DNA of 61,815 nt, filler included, from Choristocarpus tenellus KU-1152 (taxonomy: Eukaryota; Protista; Phaeophyceae): the NCBI GenBank assembly GCA_964200185.2. It is 11 parts of 11 records of this genome, joined end to end, with 100 filler letters (N's around TTAATTAATTAA, not from the genome) between each part and the next. Parts side by side here need not be neighbours in the genome. Positions count along the whole stretch, not along the records: positions 23,327 to 26,783 come from CAXNAD020019909.1; positions 26,884 to 29,894 come from CAXNAD020022958.1; positions 29,995 to 33,338 come from CAXNAD020020672.1; positions 33,439 to 45,759 come from CAXNAD020001874.1; 7 more parts are not named here. One strand, written 5' to 3'. The position numbers and the translations under genes were made by a program. Below are positions 26,519 through 37,850 of the stretch, in pieces; positions within the stretch are counted from its first letter, which is position 1, and every line of letters begins with the position of its first letter. A model generated the notes under the pieces. It did no database searches, was not told the DNA's origin, and saw only the letters and a list, made by a program, of their open reading frames with translations.

Positions 26519-27537
26519 CTGTAATGACAAAGTATGTTGTATGGCACACGGAGCCTACAGTTGTTGGACAAGGCTGGAAATCACTTGAGTGCAAGTTGAT
26601 CATTGTGTGCTGACTTTATTCCCAAGGATGTGCAATCGCTTCGACAACAAAGTAGGCACTAGTGCCAATCCATATATTTGTAATATTTGGTCGTTCTTGA
26701 GGGGTTGATCATAGGGGTGTCCTGTTAAAGTATCCCCAAAATCATCAAAGAAGGTAAAGGTGATAAACCCGGCGAGATTGCTTNNNNNNNNNNNNNNNNN
26801 NNNNNNNNNNNNNNNNNNNNNNNNNNNTTAATTAATTAANNNNNNNNNNNNNNNNNNNNNNNNNNNNNNNNNNNNNNNNNNNNGTTTTCATTGGTTTTCC
26901 CCTGACACATCTGCAAAATGTCAGAGGGCATAATAATATAAATTAATATGATGTAATGAACTTGACGTGTACTTGATACAACATTATGACCAGTGTGACG
27001 GAGGAAAAGTACAACTTGGATGAGTAGGGGCATCTAGATGAGGGACATAGATTGCCACATTCCAGGAGAATCGTCCTCAACCCGAACCTGGTACTCATTC
27101 ATCTCGAATCGGTTGTAAACCACAAATACAACTGTCTTCATTTGAGTAGTCACACATGTCTTCGTGAGGTCTATTGATAAGTTGAGGAAAGGGGAGAGGG
27201 AAACTCAGAAAGTGGTCTCAACTCACTTGATGTGGTTCACAGGTGAACTCCAGCCACATGGAAGGGTAGGAGGTGATAGGATCAAGAGGAAGCAGGTCGA
27301 AGTAGGCGGTGAGTTCGGGACTTTGATATGCTTGACTATCAACTTCAATTGCCTCCTCCAGACAAATGTTGCGTCGTATCTTTCCTAACAGTGACTTAAC
27401 AGGCGTTCCACATTTGATCCATCCAACCCATCGTTCTCCGCTCACTTTCTACTTCCTCAGTTTCGTCAGAGAGCCATGAGGTCACCGTTCGAAAATGCAG
27501 GCGTGTATTCCGCTATTGGGACTCTCTCCGACTGGTT

Positions 27538-28866
27538 GTGCAGGCGGGATGGCTGCAGGTCGATCAACTCAAACAGCTTCAGCTGACTTCAGTGGATCTT
27601 TGCCATAACTGCAGAGACGTTGTTGCTTTCAATGTCATCGTATCTACGGAGATCCCCGATCGTCTATGCTCGACAAAACCTTGCAGCTCGACGAATAGTG
27701 GGGATAAGCGCACCTGTACCGTGGCAAGGGACGTTCCACGTGTGCCCCCACAACGTGTAACAGGGATAACGTTCGGGTACGGTTTCAACCAGACCCTCGA
27801 AGACGTCTCTCTACCCTCCGGGGTGAAGCGTCTTACCTTTGGCGGCTGCTTCATTCAGCCAGTGAACAGGGTGATCTGGCCTACTGGACTGAAGCAGCTC
27901 ACCTTTGGTAGTGGCTTCAATCAAACATTAGATGAGGTGGAATGGCCTGCGGGACTAGTTCATCTCACACTTGGGTATGATTTTAATCAGGCCATTGATG
28001 GTGTTTCCTGGCCCAATGGTCTTCTGCAACTGACTTTCGGCTGTAGGTTTGGGAGGGCAGTGGATAGGGTAAGGTGGCCCCCAGGGCTACAGCAGCTCAA
28101 ATTCGGAAACTTCTTCAACCAGAGCGTTGACGGGGTGAATTGGCCTAAATTTCTGAAAAAGCTTACCTTCGGGAACCTTTTCAACCAACCATTGGGCGGG
28201 GTGACGTGGCCAATGGGATTGGAAGAGCTTACCTTCGGGAGTTCCTTCAACCAGCCCCTTGAGGAATGCGCTTGGCCACCAGGTCTCCGACGGCTTACCC
28301 TGGATGAGAGCTGCTTCGATCGCCGATTGGACAGAGTTTCCTGGCCGACAGGGCTCCAAGAACTCACGTTGGGCTTTTACTTTAACCAGACTTTGGATGC
28401 CGTGGATTGGCCTCCAGGACTACGACGCCTAACCTTTGGGAGGAGATTCAATCGGGACCTGACTGGCGTTCAGTGGCCTGGGGGACTTGAGGAACTCAAC
28501 TTTGGCAAGGATTTTTGTCAGCCCCTTCAGGGGGTGTCCCTGCCCACTGGGCTCAAACGCCTTACGTTTGGTCTTTCCTTCAACTGCTCGCTCGATGGAG
28601 TAGACTGGCCTCTCAAGCTGGAACAGCTGACATTTGGTGACATGTTTGACCAGCCCCTGGATGGTACGGTGGTCTTGCCACGTGGACTCCGGTGCCTCAT
28701 CCTAGGAGCTCGATTCAATAAGCCTGTCCATGGGATTGACTGGCCCGAGGGGCTGGAGGAGCTCCGGTTTGGAGGCAAATTCAAGCAGTCTGTTCGTGGG
28801 GTGGCCTGGCCAGTGGGACTGAAGAAAGTTCACTTAGGCTGTCATAGAGGGACACTTGTGGTATGA
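27538..28866 (+). CDS. FNIP-repeat (LRR-like) protein, 16 repeats of 22-23 aa
   Basis: Consensus LxxLTFGxxFNQxLDGVxWPxG repeated 16 times without introns; true start uncertain because the frame is open upstream of the GTG. Confidence 0.93.
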   Translation: MQAGWLQVDQLKQLQLTSVDLCHNCRDVVAFNVIVSTEIPDRLCSTKPCSSTNSGDKRTCTVARDVPRVPPQRVTGITFGYGFNQTLEDVSLPSGVKRLTFGGCFIQPVNRVIWPTGLKQLTFGSGFNQTLDEVEWPAGLVHLTLGYDFNQAIDGVSWPNGLLQLTFGCRFGRAVDRVRWPPGLQQLKFGNFFNQSVDGVNWPKFLKKLTFGNLFNQPLGGVTWPMGLEELTFGSSFNQPLEECAWPPGLRRLTLDESCFDRRLDRVSWPTGLQELTLGFYFNQTLDAVDWPPGLRRLTFGRRFNRDLTGVQWPGGLEELNFGKDFCQPLQGVSLPTGLKRLTFGLSFNCSLDGVDWPLKLEQLTFGDMFDQPLDGTVVLPRGLRCLILGARFNKPVHGIDWPEGLEELRFGGKFKQSVRGVAWPVGLKKVHLGCHRGTLVV

Positions 28867-29994
28867 TACAGCAGTGATAAATGGGCAGGTGCTGGAAAGT
28901 GCAACTGGTGTATATTTAGGATTGGGTACGATGATATGGGGACTTGTTTTTCACTTTTCCACGGTTTCCATGGTATGCGGATTCCTCACTCTCCCCCTAC
29001 CCCCCACCCCTTCTGGCTGACCCCCCTGTTCTGCTGTTTGTCCTCCCTTATTTTATGTTTTTGTCCAGTGCTCATGGTACACACATGCTAGTAGCAGCGT
29101 GTTGTATATGCTGCAGAATTTTTAGAGTGTGGCATTATATACCTGCTTTTTCGTGGACAGTTCAGTTCATTCAAACCAAGTGACACCTTAGCTATTTAAA
29201 ACATCTACGGGGGCTTTGGCTGTGATGTGCACAGGGATTTGAGGGAGACGCTGATGGGTGGGGAAAGGTTAGAAGAGAGTACTATGCACCAATCTGTTTT
29301 TTTTTGAGATTGAGTCAAACCAATTGAAAGGTAGGCAGAATTGGATTTTAGGGATCCTGAGAAAGGTCAAGAAGAAACCGTTTTGTATGATTGCAGACAT
29401 AGCCTTTGCTTGTTTGTGGTGTCACTTTTGTGTGTTGAAAAGGGAATATCAATTTTGCGTACACTATTGTGCACATAATACAGTAAAATAGAGTGTTGTA
29501 CAGGGTGAGAAAGATGGTGTAGAAATGCGAATGGATCCAAACCTGCCTACCTCTCAATTGGTATGGTTCACAGTTGCAGCATGTTTTTCTAGTTATAGAC
29601 GACAGCATTTGATTTGAAAAGAGTAAAATGATCCATTCCATTTTGTACGTATACATACAGATATATCGCTACGGTACAGTGCCCTTTTTTGGAAGAATAT
29701 CTGATATTCTTGCAGTCAGTTTAATGAAAAAGATGGTTTATATTTTTATTGCTGTACTTTGTACAGCCCAGAGGAAGAGCGTGGAAGTAAATGCTGTGTG
29801 CATCATTACCCCGGAGCCCTAACCCATAGAACAGAAGGGGGTTGATTGCTAGCAGTCAATGTGAGAGGTACTGTCTGTTGTCTTGGGGGGGTGGNNNNNN
29901 NNNNNNNNNNNNNNNNNNNNNNNNNNNNNNNNNNNNNNTTAATTAATTAANNNNNNNNNNNNNNNNNNNNNNNNNNNNNNNNNNNNNNNNNNNN

Positions 29995-30016
29995 CCCCCC
30001 CCGGATACTTTGAGTC
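29995..30016. mobile_element. MITE terminal fragment at contig start
   Basis: polyC-ggatactttgagtc terminus. Confidence 0.65.
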
Positions 30017-30968
30017 ACTAGAAAAATGAAACCTCCAGTAGTACATGGAGATTTGCTTCTTTATATTAAATGCACTTCAACTATCAAATACGGAATAATA
30101 TAAACGAGTAAAGGTGCAACTGCAGGATAATAAATAAAGTATTTAAGTCTTTGCCTCCACTGTACGTTCTTGGCTCTTTGACATAGCGGACGGAGTCCTT
30201 AATCTGATTTCATTTTCTTCACAAGAAATTGCAGATGCGATAAACTTCTTTTTTTTCTGTCCCAGTGTGCCATCTAACGTCTAACGGTGTAGTAATGGTG
30301 ATGTTGTTTGATTAGGGTACTTAATGGATTTTGGAAACGCACCTTGTTGCCAATTGCTGCCCTGTAGTACTAAAATAATGGTGTGCTATAATGCCGATTG
30401 ATATCATTAGTAAAGTCAACTACTAATATGTGGTGGAGGTTAACAACTAGTCTGGGGGAAGGTGTGCATGTTTAATGTGCACATTGGTTCATTGTGATAT
30501 GTTAAGGGTTAAGGAGTTTTTGGGATTATCCCAGCTAAATTGCTGATCCAATGAGAAGACAGAAAAAAAAGTGGCAGCATGCATACCGCACATGGTTTAT
30601 AACAGTGGTGGACCGACCAGCAATGTTTTACAAGTCCCATTAACCAATCAATCAGCATGGCTTATTATATACATGAAAGTCTGCCGCATGCAACATTTGA
30701 TGCGTTTTGACACATTGACATACACAAACACCCTATTTAATACACACTCAGAGTATCCCCTACCACTCAGTATTATAACAAGAAAACAATGTAAGACTCA
30801 AGCTATTGGACGTTATTCTCATTCTTTACTCTACAGTTCATACAGTAGATAGTCTATTCGCCTTATTGCAACAATTTACACCCATTACCCTGACCTCCAC
30901 CCGAACTGCTATCCTGTCCCCTTCGCAGAGATCATCCTGAACTCAACTCCAACAACCTCTAAGGCATA

Positions 30969-31226
30969 GAGTCAAAGTGTCTTAGAGGGTAGAGCCGCGT
31001 CCATTTGGGACCAAAATCCAACGTTGAAAGTTTGATGTAATTTTGGCTGTTGTGTTTGTTAGGAAGTGTCAATATCCTTGTTCCAGACACACCTATTCAT
31101 AACGTATACATTTTACCTACTCCTAAATGATTTAGGAGTAGGAAAATGTCATAACAAACCCGGAGGAAGCTAAGCCCCAAACAGAAAAACAGGGCAAATA
31201 TCGTCCCCTCTAAGGTACTTTCACTC
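30969..31226. mobile_element. MITE subfamily A, copy 3
   Basis: TIRs gagtcaaagtgtcttagagggta / ccctctaaggtactttcactc; ATA on both flanks. Confidence 0.95.
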
Positions 31227-31474
31227 ATACGCTTTACCCAGCTTTGGGGTATGTGGAAAGGCTGTACAGACGATTTTTCACACCACTCAACCTCTTTCTA
31301 GGCGATGTGACATAAGAGACAGTCTGTGTCAACCACCACCACTGTACTCAAGAGACTGTGACAGAGATCACAAGCACCTTTCTTTTATGCACTTTAGTAT
31401 CATTTTTTTACATATCTTGTATTATCTTATTATTTACTTGTGTCAATAAGAGTTCAAGGACGTGAGCCAAGAGC

Positions 31475-31522
31475 ACTCAAAAGTACATTATGATTTCACT
31501 CAAAAGTACATTATGATTTCAC
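31475..31522. repeat. Perfect 23-bp tandem duplication
   Basis: actcaaaagtacattatgatttc twice. Confidence 0.9.
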
Positions 31523-31675
31523 CCCCTTAGTCCATAGATTGATACGCATGCCAAGACATCTGCTGGAGGAGGAGTCCCTACAGAAAAAAATGCTTATAAC
31601 CCCCACCACAGACACTCCTGATGGACATACTCCTGTAGTCATGATGAATGAGAAACGCCCCTTCCCCTGACCTAC

Positions 31676-31807
31676 CGCTTGAGAAAGATCCAGAAAAGGA
31701 GCTCAAGGAGAACTCAAGGGTACCTCCGTATGCCACGCCGAGGTTACCCGAGAGACTGGTCCCTGCTTGCTTAAACCACCAAAGGGTGCTGTCGACACCG
31801 CCATGAG
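31676..31807 (-). CDS. Isolated internal exon, laminin B (domain IV)-like
   Basis: 132-nt AG/GT-bounded exon encoding LWWFKQAGTSLSGNLGVAYGGTLEFSLSSFSG, similar to WYFxAPxxFLGNxxxAYGGxLxFxL. Confidence 0.65.
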
Positions 31808-32894
31808 CTGAAGGCGAGTGAGGAAGGAGGTGGTGGTGCCGGCAACCCCAAAGGGGCATGCATGAGAAGAGATGAGGTGCTGAAGGGTGCTCCGGTGAAA
31901 TTAGTTCACAGTAGGAGTAGGTTAGAGAGTTATCACGAACGCATGAGTGACACTTTTTTTATTTGTTCAACACAATCCAGGAAAAGAGCCAGTGTGGTCT
32001 GTGCGGTTGCAGGAGAAGTCTCGAACGATGCCAGCATAGTTTTTGGCGTGTTGGTAGTGCAAGTCTCAAATCTAACCTGATGTCCTGATCTTTGGTTCAG
32101 GCGAAGTTGAAATGTTGGGGGATTCAAACGCTTACTCTCTCTCTCTCTCTCTATGTGTGTGTGTATGTGTCTATGTACCTTTGTGCATATAATATCTCCA
32201 CCCACTTGGTTGCCTTGTGAACATAAAATTCGTGTCAACCTCGCTTTCTGTTGTACCGGCATTCACCACCATATCCAAACTATCTAGGGCACTTGCCTTT
32301 TTTCTCAAGCACGTCAGACTCTATACCCACAACAATATCAACCATCCTGCGCAAAGGGGTGTGTGAAAAACTCGCAAATACATTCTTGCCGAGGTCACTC
32401 GGCCTCCAACCACAGAAGTTGAAGTTGAAGTTGAAGTTGAAGTTGATGTGACTACAGGCATTCGAAGATGTCATCTAGCCCTACCGGCACCATGTGAGAA
32501 ATTCCTTGCCTACGCCTCAAAGTCATTATGTCCGTCCTACCTACTACATGCTTGAATGCTCTCTGCTTCCTCAATCTATGTACTCTTCCTTGATACCATC
32601 ATGATCAAGTAACCACATGGCAAACGGTACCGAGCTGTGTAAGTCCTCCTAATACCACCCTCAGCACTCAATGTGACAAGTGTCAAGGTCACGTCATGTC
32701 TTTGAGTTTCACCACTAGCTGGAGAAAGCAATTGCATCCTTAACCTTCTCAATTTACGGGATATATAGTAGCAATCGCCAAGTGTATGATTTTATTTTAT
32801 TTTCAAGTGCTCCAAGTGTAACCGCAAATACACCTGAGTAGTCCACACAAGGAGATGTGGGACCAACTGCCTTCATATTTTCTGTTTCACCTTT

Positions 32895-33151
32895 GAGCCA
32901 AAGTATCTTGGATGGTAGAGCCGCGTCATTTGGGGGCCAAAATCCAATGTTGTGATTTTGATGTAATTTTGGCTGTCGTGTTTGTTAGGAAGTGCCAATA
33001 TCTATGTTTCGAACACACCTTTTCATAACATATACATTTTACCTACTCCTAAACATTTTGGATAGGAAAATGTCACTAAGAAGCCCATGGGAAGCCAAGC
33101 CCCAAATGAACAAACAGGGCAAAACTCGTACCCTCTAAGATACTTTCACTC
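32895..33151. mobile_element. MITE subfamily A, copy 4
   Basis: TIRs gagccaaagtatcttggatggta / taccctctaagatactttcactc. Confidence 0.95.
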
Positions 33152-33302
33152 TCTACATTAAAAAAACCCTGCTAAAGACTAAAAAGTAGGGAACAATGCA
33201 ACTATGTGACTGGACTCAGCTGCACGTGTACTTATGCTTGTGGAGGCCAAAATTAGATTATGTACCATGTGATCATTGGTGTGTCAAAACTCATCAAACA
33301 GG

Positions 33303-33338
33303 GGGTCAAAGTATCTGGGGGGGGGGGGGGGGGGTTTG
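33303..33338. mobile_element. MITE terminal fragment at contig end
   Basis: gggtcaaagtatct-polyG-tttg running into the linker. Confidence 0.8.
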
Positions 33339-33438
33339 NNNNNNNNNNNNNNNNNNNNNNNNNNNNNNNNNNNNNNNNNNNNTTAATTAATTAANNNNNN
33401 NNNNNNNNNNNNNNNNNNNNNNNNNNNNNNNNNNNNNN

Positions 33439-33843
33439 TTTGTATTTAAAAGAAATTGTAAGTACGGGTGTAATCGTTTTTACAACTTCCGTCCAACAAA
33501 TTGTAAGATTTTGAGGATCATGGATCTCATGACGGGTCCAATGAATCTCCCGGAGCACAAACAAAGTTGGTTTCTGAACATTGGAAGCGTACAATACCAA
33601 TTAAGTATGCGACTTATTGTATCTTAAAATATACAAATCACATACTATATTCGGATTTACAACTTCCAAAATGCGTAATGCACGGATTTCCAGGATCATC
33701 ATCTCAGGGTGGTCCCGCTGATAGCCCGAGGCTCCAACAATGTTGGTTTCGGAACATTGGAAACGTACAATATCAATGAAGTATGTGATTTGTATTTAAA
33801 AAGATATAAATCACATACTATATTATTCGGATTTACAACTTCG
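33439..33843. repeat. Degenerate tandem repeat, ~175-bp period
   Basis: 33567-33668 matches 33742-33843 (gttggtttc...ggatttacaacttc); partial earlier unit at the contig start. Confidence 0.8.
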
Positions 33844-34199
33844 GTTAGTATTTTGGTGGATGCGACCTATCTATCCCCTTCTTGTACTAACCACATCACC
33901 CTTTCATAAATATTTTGTTAACTACTGGAGGAAGACGTATGTATGTATTATTGTATAATACAATACATAGTGTACCATACATAATACAAGCACACCAAAA
34001 CCGTTACCGGCTCCCCCAGGGGGGCCCGTCTGTCTTTATACCTTTGGCTTGGTCGAGGTCGCTTCCAAATCGTAGCGGTGCCCTCCACAACAAGCACCGA
34101 AATATTTTTCAACAATAATATATCCCATTCAAAAAGGGGCCCTTAAAAAGTGCCGCAACATTTACAAAAAAAACTTATGGACACTTTTCCGCGCACCAT

Positions 34200-34720
34200 T
34201 TTGGGTCAAGCTCGTCATGAAATGCTCCATCCTCAATTTTGCCGAGAGGCTGTTATTTGCTCTGTTAGATCAACAATGCTGGGAGTGCAGAAATCCGACC
34301 ACAGAGTCCCTGTGTGTCTTGATGTTGTCGTGAGGCTTGCTGTATCCATAGAACGAAGCAGGACAGGAACAATGAGTCATTGGTGTCTCGAGCTTGTGCA
34401 CGCTGGATACATACATGAAAAAGAGCACGAGAGGGGTGAGAGACCTGCATGCTATCAATTGGACAGTGGTTTTGTTGTGATGTTGAGGGAGCATGAAAAC
34501 AGACAAGTATAAAGCAGATCATGCCACTGATGCTAGAGAAGAAGACACCATGCTTACCTCCGAGTGCAACTGGAGCACTCCATGCCATCTTTCTCCTCAC
34601 ACAATAAAGTGAACCAATCCTCAGATACCTTCAAAATGACCATGAACATCTTGCAGCAATCAAGTCCAGTTTTCATGTGCTAATCGCTATGGGCGGTGTT
34701 CATGGCACTGGGGTCGTTAG
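34200..34720 (+). pseudogene. Possible highly decayed PIF/Harbinger transposase
   Basis: VPVCLDVVVRLAVSI resembles PxxRLAxxLR; SATGALHAI resembles GCxGAxDG; order fits but catalytic residues are lost. Confidence 0.3.
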
Positions 34721-34855
34721 TATTGGGACACTGTCCTCCAGGAACCCTGTCCAAAATATATCGTTTCCTATTCTTTTGACCAGGTAGCGCCCGGTCGAGT
34801 CTGATTCTGCCGAAGCCTAGCACTGTGTAGGCTTAGGGTCCAAAAACTTCTCGAA

Positions 34856-34947
34856 GAGTGAAAATATCTTAAAGGTTACGAGTTTTGCCCTGTTTGTCCA
34901 TTTCGGGCTTGGCTTCCCAAAGGTTTTTTATGACATTTTCCTACTCC
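34856..34947. mobile_element. MITE subfamily A, truncated copy
   Basis: Matches the first ~90 bp of 11345-11602 and stops at the central hairpin arm. Confidence 0.88.
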
Positions 34948-35349
34948 TATGATGTATGTGAGCTTAGAAATTTCTAGGTTTCCTCTTCATTTCTATTTGG
35001 AGTGGGTGGTATTAAACCAACAATATGTTAAGTTGTGTACAAGGTTAAAACGTATTGTTGTGTTAAGCGAGTGTTGAGTTGTCGTGGATACTTAAAATTC
35101 ACCAGTTCTTTCTTTCAAACTCAAATCTATGACGTGTCCTATTCTACGTACGTATGACTCTCTCGGTCGCAATGAATGATATGTGTATAGGGTATGCTTG
35201 ATGGGAGTCGATCAACGCATGCAAGATGCATGCAACATTCGGGTAAGGCCTGCTTTTGGTTAGGGGAATCCTTGCAAAGAACAACTGTGTTCGGCGTTCT
35301 GCGAAAGTCAAGTCCAGATGATCGAATTGCACGAAAGTGATCCATTGCG

Positions 35350-37377
35350 ATGGTCGTCAAAGAGTTCAATATCGGCTACATGTCTATCAGCCTGCACCAA
35401 TCACTCCCGAGTTCAATGAATAATCTCTACAAGGGATCCATGTTTGGTAGATGTCAGATTTTGAGACGGCATTCTTCATGCCCGCGTAGGCTCTCATTCC
35501 GTGCAGGGGATGGTGCTGAGAAGTGGAAGCACGGAAACGGGAGCCAGGGCGAGAAGGGTATACAATTCTCTGAGCAAGAGCCCTCCCGTAAGATGTTCAT
35601 GGCGGAGGTCAAACTACTGGGACAAAAGCGAAAGTGGCGAGAGGTCCTCGAGCTTTTGGCAGAGATCAAGCATCGTGGCTTGCTTATCGATAGGAAGATG
35701 TACACGCAATGCATCAGCGCTATATCAAAGGCTGCTCAGTATGTCAATCGTTCTTCGAAGCTTGGCGGTAGAATTTTTCCTTCGAAGTATGGCGACACAC
35801 CTTGGCAAGCCGCCTTATCTTTGTTGGGGGAGATGAAGGCTCGAGGTGTTGAACCAAATAACTTCAGCTATAATTCATGCATCACAGCATGTGGTAACGG
35901 GGGACAGTGGGAGGTTGCCATGTCACTCCTTAGGGAGATGGAAGCCATGAATATTGCCCCCGATGTCGTCACCTACAGTTCATGTATCACGGCATGTGGT
36001 AAAGGTGGGAAATGGGAGACTGCTCTGCTTCTGCTTGAGGAGATGAAGGCGAAGGGTATCGCTCCCAATAACTTCAGCTACAATTCATGTATCGCAGCAT
36101 GTGGCAAAGTTGGGAAATGGGAGACTGCCCTGTCGCTTCTCGAGGAAATGACCGTTATCGGTGTTGCTCCCGATGTTATCAGCTACAGTTCGTGTATCAC
36201 AGCATGTGGCAAAGGAGGGCAGTGGAAGACAGCTCTGTCGCTGCTTGGGGAGATGAAGGCTAAGGGTATTGCTCCCAATAACTTCAGCTACAATTCATGT
36301 ATCACTGCATGTGGAAGTGAGGGTCAGTGGGAGACTGCCCTGATGTTGCTTAGGGAAATGATAGTCAATGGTGTTGTCCCCGATGTCGTCAGCTACAGTT
36401 CATGTATTACAGCATGTGGCAACGGGGAGCAGTGGGAGACCGCCCTGTCGCTGCTTGGGGAGATGAAGGCTGAGGGCATTACCCCAAATATCTTCAGCTA
36501 CAATTCATGTATCACAGCATGTGGTAATGGGGGACAGTTGGAAGCTGCCCTGTCACTGCTAGGGGAGATGAAGGCTAATTTTATTGCCCCCAATGTCGTC
36601 AGCTACAGTTCATGTATCGCAGCATGCGGTAAAGTAGGACAGTGGGAGGCAGCCCTGTCACTGCTTGGGGAGATGGAAGCTCAAGGTGTTGCCCCCAACA
36701 ACTTCAGCTACAGCTCATGCATCACAGCATGTGGCAATGTGGGACAGTGGGAGGTCGCCATGTCGCTGCTTGGGGAGATGAAGATTAAGGGCATAACTCC
36801 CAATGTTGTCAGCTACAGTTCATGCATCACAGCATGTGGGAATGGGGGGCAGTGGGAGGCTGCCCTTTCTCTGCTTACAGAGATGAAGGCTAAGGGGATT
36901 TCTCCCAATAACGTCAACTACAATTCATGTATCACAGCATGTGGCAATGAGGGACAGTGGGAGGCTGCTCTGGCGCTGCTTGAGGAGATGAAGAGTACTG
37001 ATATTGCCCCCGATGTTGTCACTTACAGTACATGCATCACGGCATGTGGGAAGGGGGGGCGGTGGAAGGCTTCACTTTTACTTCTTGAGGAGATGAAGGC
37101 CAAGGGTGTTGCCCCCAATGCTGTTAGCTATAATTCATGCATTGCAGCATGCGGCAAGGGTGGGCAGTGGGAGATTGCTCTGTCATTGCTCGAGGAGATG
37201 AAGGGTAAGGGCATTGCACCTGATGTCGCCAGCTACAGTTCATGCATTACTGCATGTGGCAATGGTGGCCAGTGGGAGGCTGCCCTGTTGCTACTTGGGG
37301 AAATGAAAGCTAATGGTATTTCCCCCAATATCATCAGCTACAGTTCATGTATCACCGCATGTGGCAATGGGGGGTAG
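35350..37377 (+). CDS. P-type pentatricopeptide repeat protein, probably organelle-targeted
   Basis: 14 uninterrupted 105-nt repeats at 35860-37329 (xxSY[NS]SCITACGxGGQWExALxLLxEMKxxGIxP[ND]); Arg/Ser-rich leader from Met at 35440; intronless. Confidence 0.96.
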   Translation: MVVKEFNIGYMSISLHQSLPSSMNNLYKGSMFGRCQILRRHSSCPRRLSFRAGDGAEKWKHGNGSQGEKGIQFSEQEPSRKMFMAEVKLLGQKRKWREVLELLAEIKHRGLLIDRKMYTQCISAISKAAQYVNRSSKLGGRIFPSKYGDTPWQAALSLLGEMKARGVEPNNFSYNSCITACGNGGQWEVAMSLLREMEAMNIAPDVVTYSSCITACGKGGKWETALLLLEEMKAKGIAPNNFSYNSCIAACGKVGKWETALSLLEEMTVIGVAPDVISYSSCITACGKGGQWKTALSLLGEMKAKGIAPNNFSYNSCITACGSEGQWETALMLLREMIVNGVVPDVVSYSSCITACGNGEQWETALSLLGEMKAEGITPNIFSYNSCITACGNGGQLEAALSLLGEMKANFIAPNVVSYSSCIAACGKVGQWEAALSLLGEMEAQGVAPNNFSYSSCITACGNVGQWEVAMSLLGEMKIKGITPNVVSYSSCITACGNGGQWEAALSLLTEMKAKGISPNNVNYNSCITACGNEGQWEAALALLEEMKSTDIAPDVVTYSTCITACGKGGRWKASLLLLEEMKAKGVAPNAVSYNSCIAACGKGGQWEIALSLLEEMKGKGIAPDVASYSSCITACGNGGQWEAALLLLGEMKANGISPNIISYSSCITACGNGG

Positions 37378-37850
37378 TGGGAGACCACTCTGTTGGTGCT
37401 TGATTAAGTGAAGGCTAATGGTACTACTCAAACTATCCTCGCTTCCAGTTCATGCATCACAGCATGTGGGAACAGGGGGCAATGGGAGGTGGCTCTGTCA
37501 TTTTTTGGGTAGAGGAAGGCTACGGGTAGTCCTCCCAACATGGTTAACTAAAGTTGGTTTGTCTCAACATGGGTCAAAGGTGGCCAATGGGAGACTTCCT
37601 TGGCACTGCTTGGGAGAGGAAGGCTGAGGATATTGCACTGCATGTCGCCAGCTTACAGTTCGTGTATGACATGATGTGCCAATGAGGCTGTGTGGGAAAC
37701 TGCACTGTTGCTGCTGAGGAATATAAAGGCCATGGCTGTTGCCTCAATGCTGCCACTTCCAGTTCACGAATCTCAGCATATGTGGCAACAGGAGGTGGTG
37801 GGAGTCTGCTACACCTGCACCTGCTTGGAGAGAAGAGGGCTAAGATTGCA
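37378..37850 (+). pseudogene. Decayed PPR repeats downstream of the stop codon
   Basis: WETTLLVLD*VKANG...SSCITACGNRGQWEVALSFFG*RK...GGQWETSLALLG, then frameshifted remnants; about 4 units. Confidence 0.88.

Noticed and set aside
27579-28784. Antisense ORFs over the FNIP gene (likewise over 41625-42470)
   Set aside because: Shadows of repetitive coding sequence with no independent motifs
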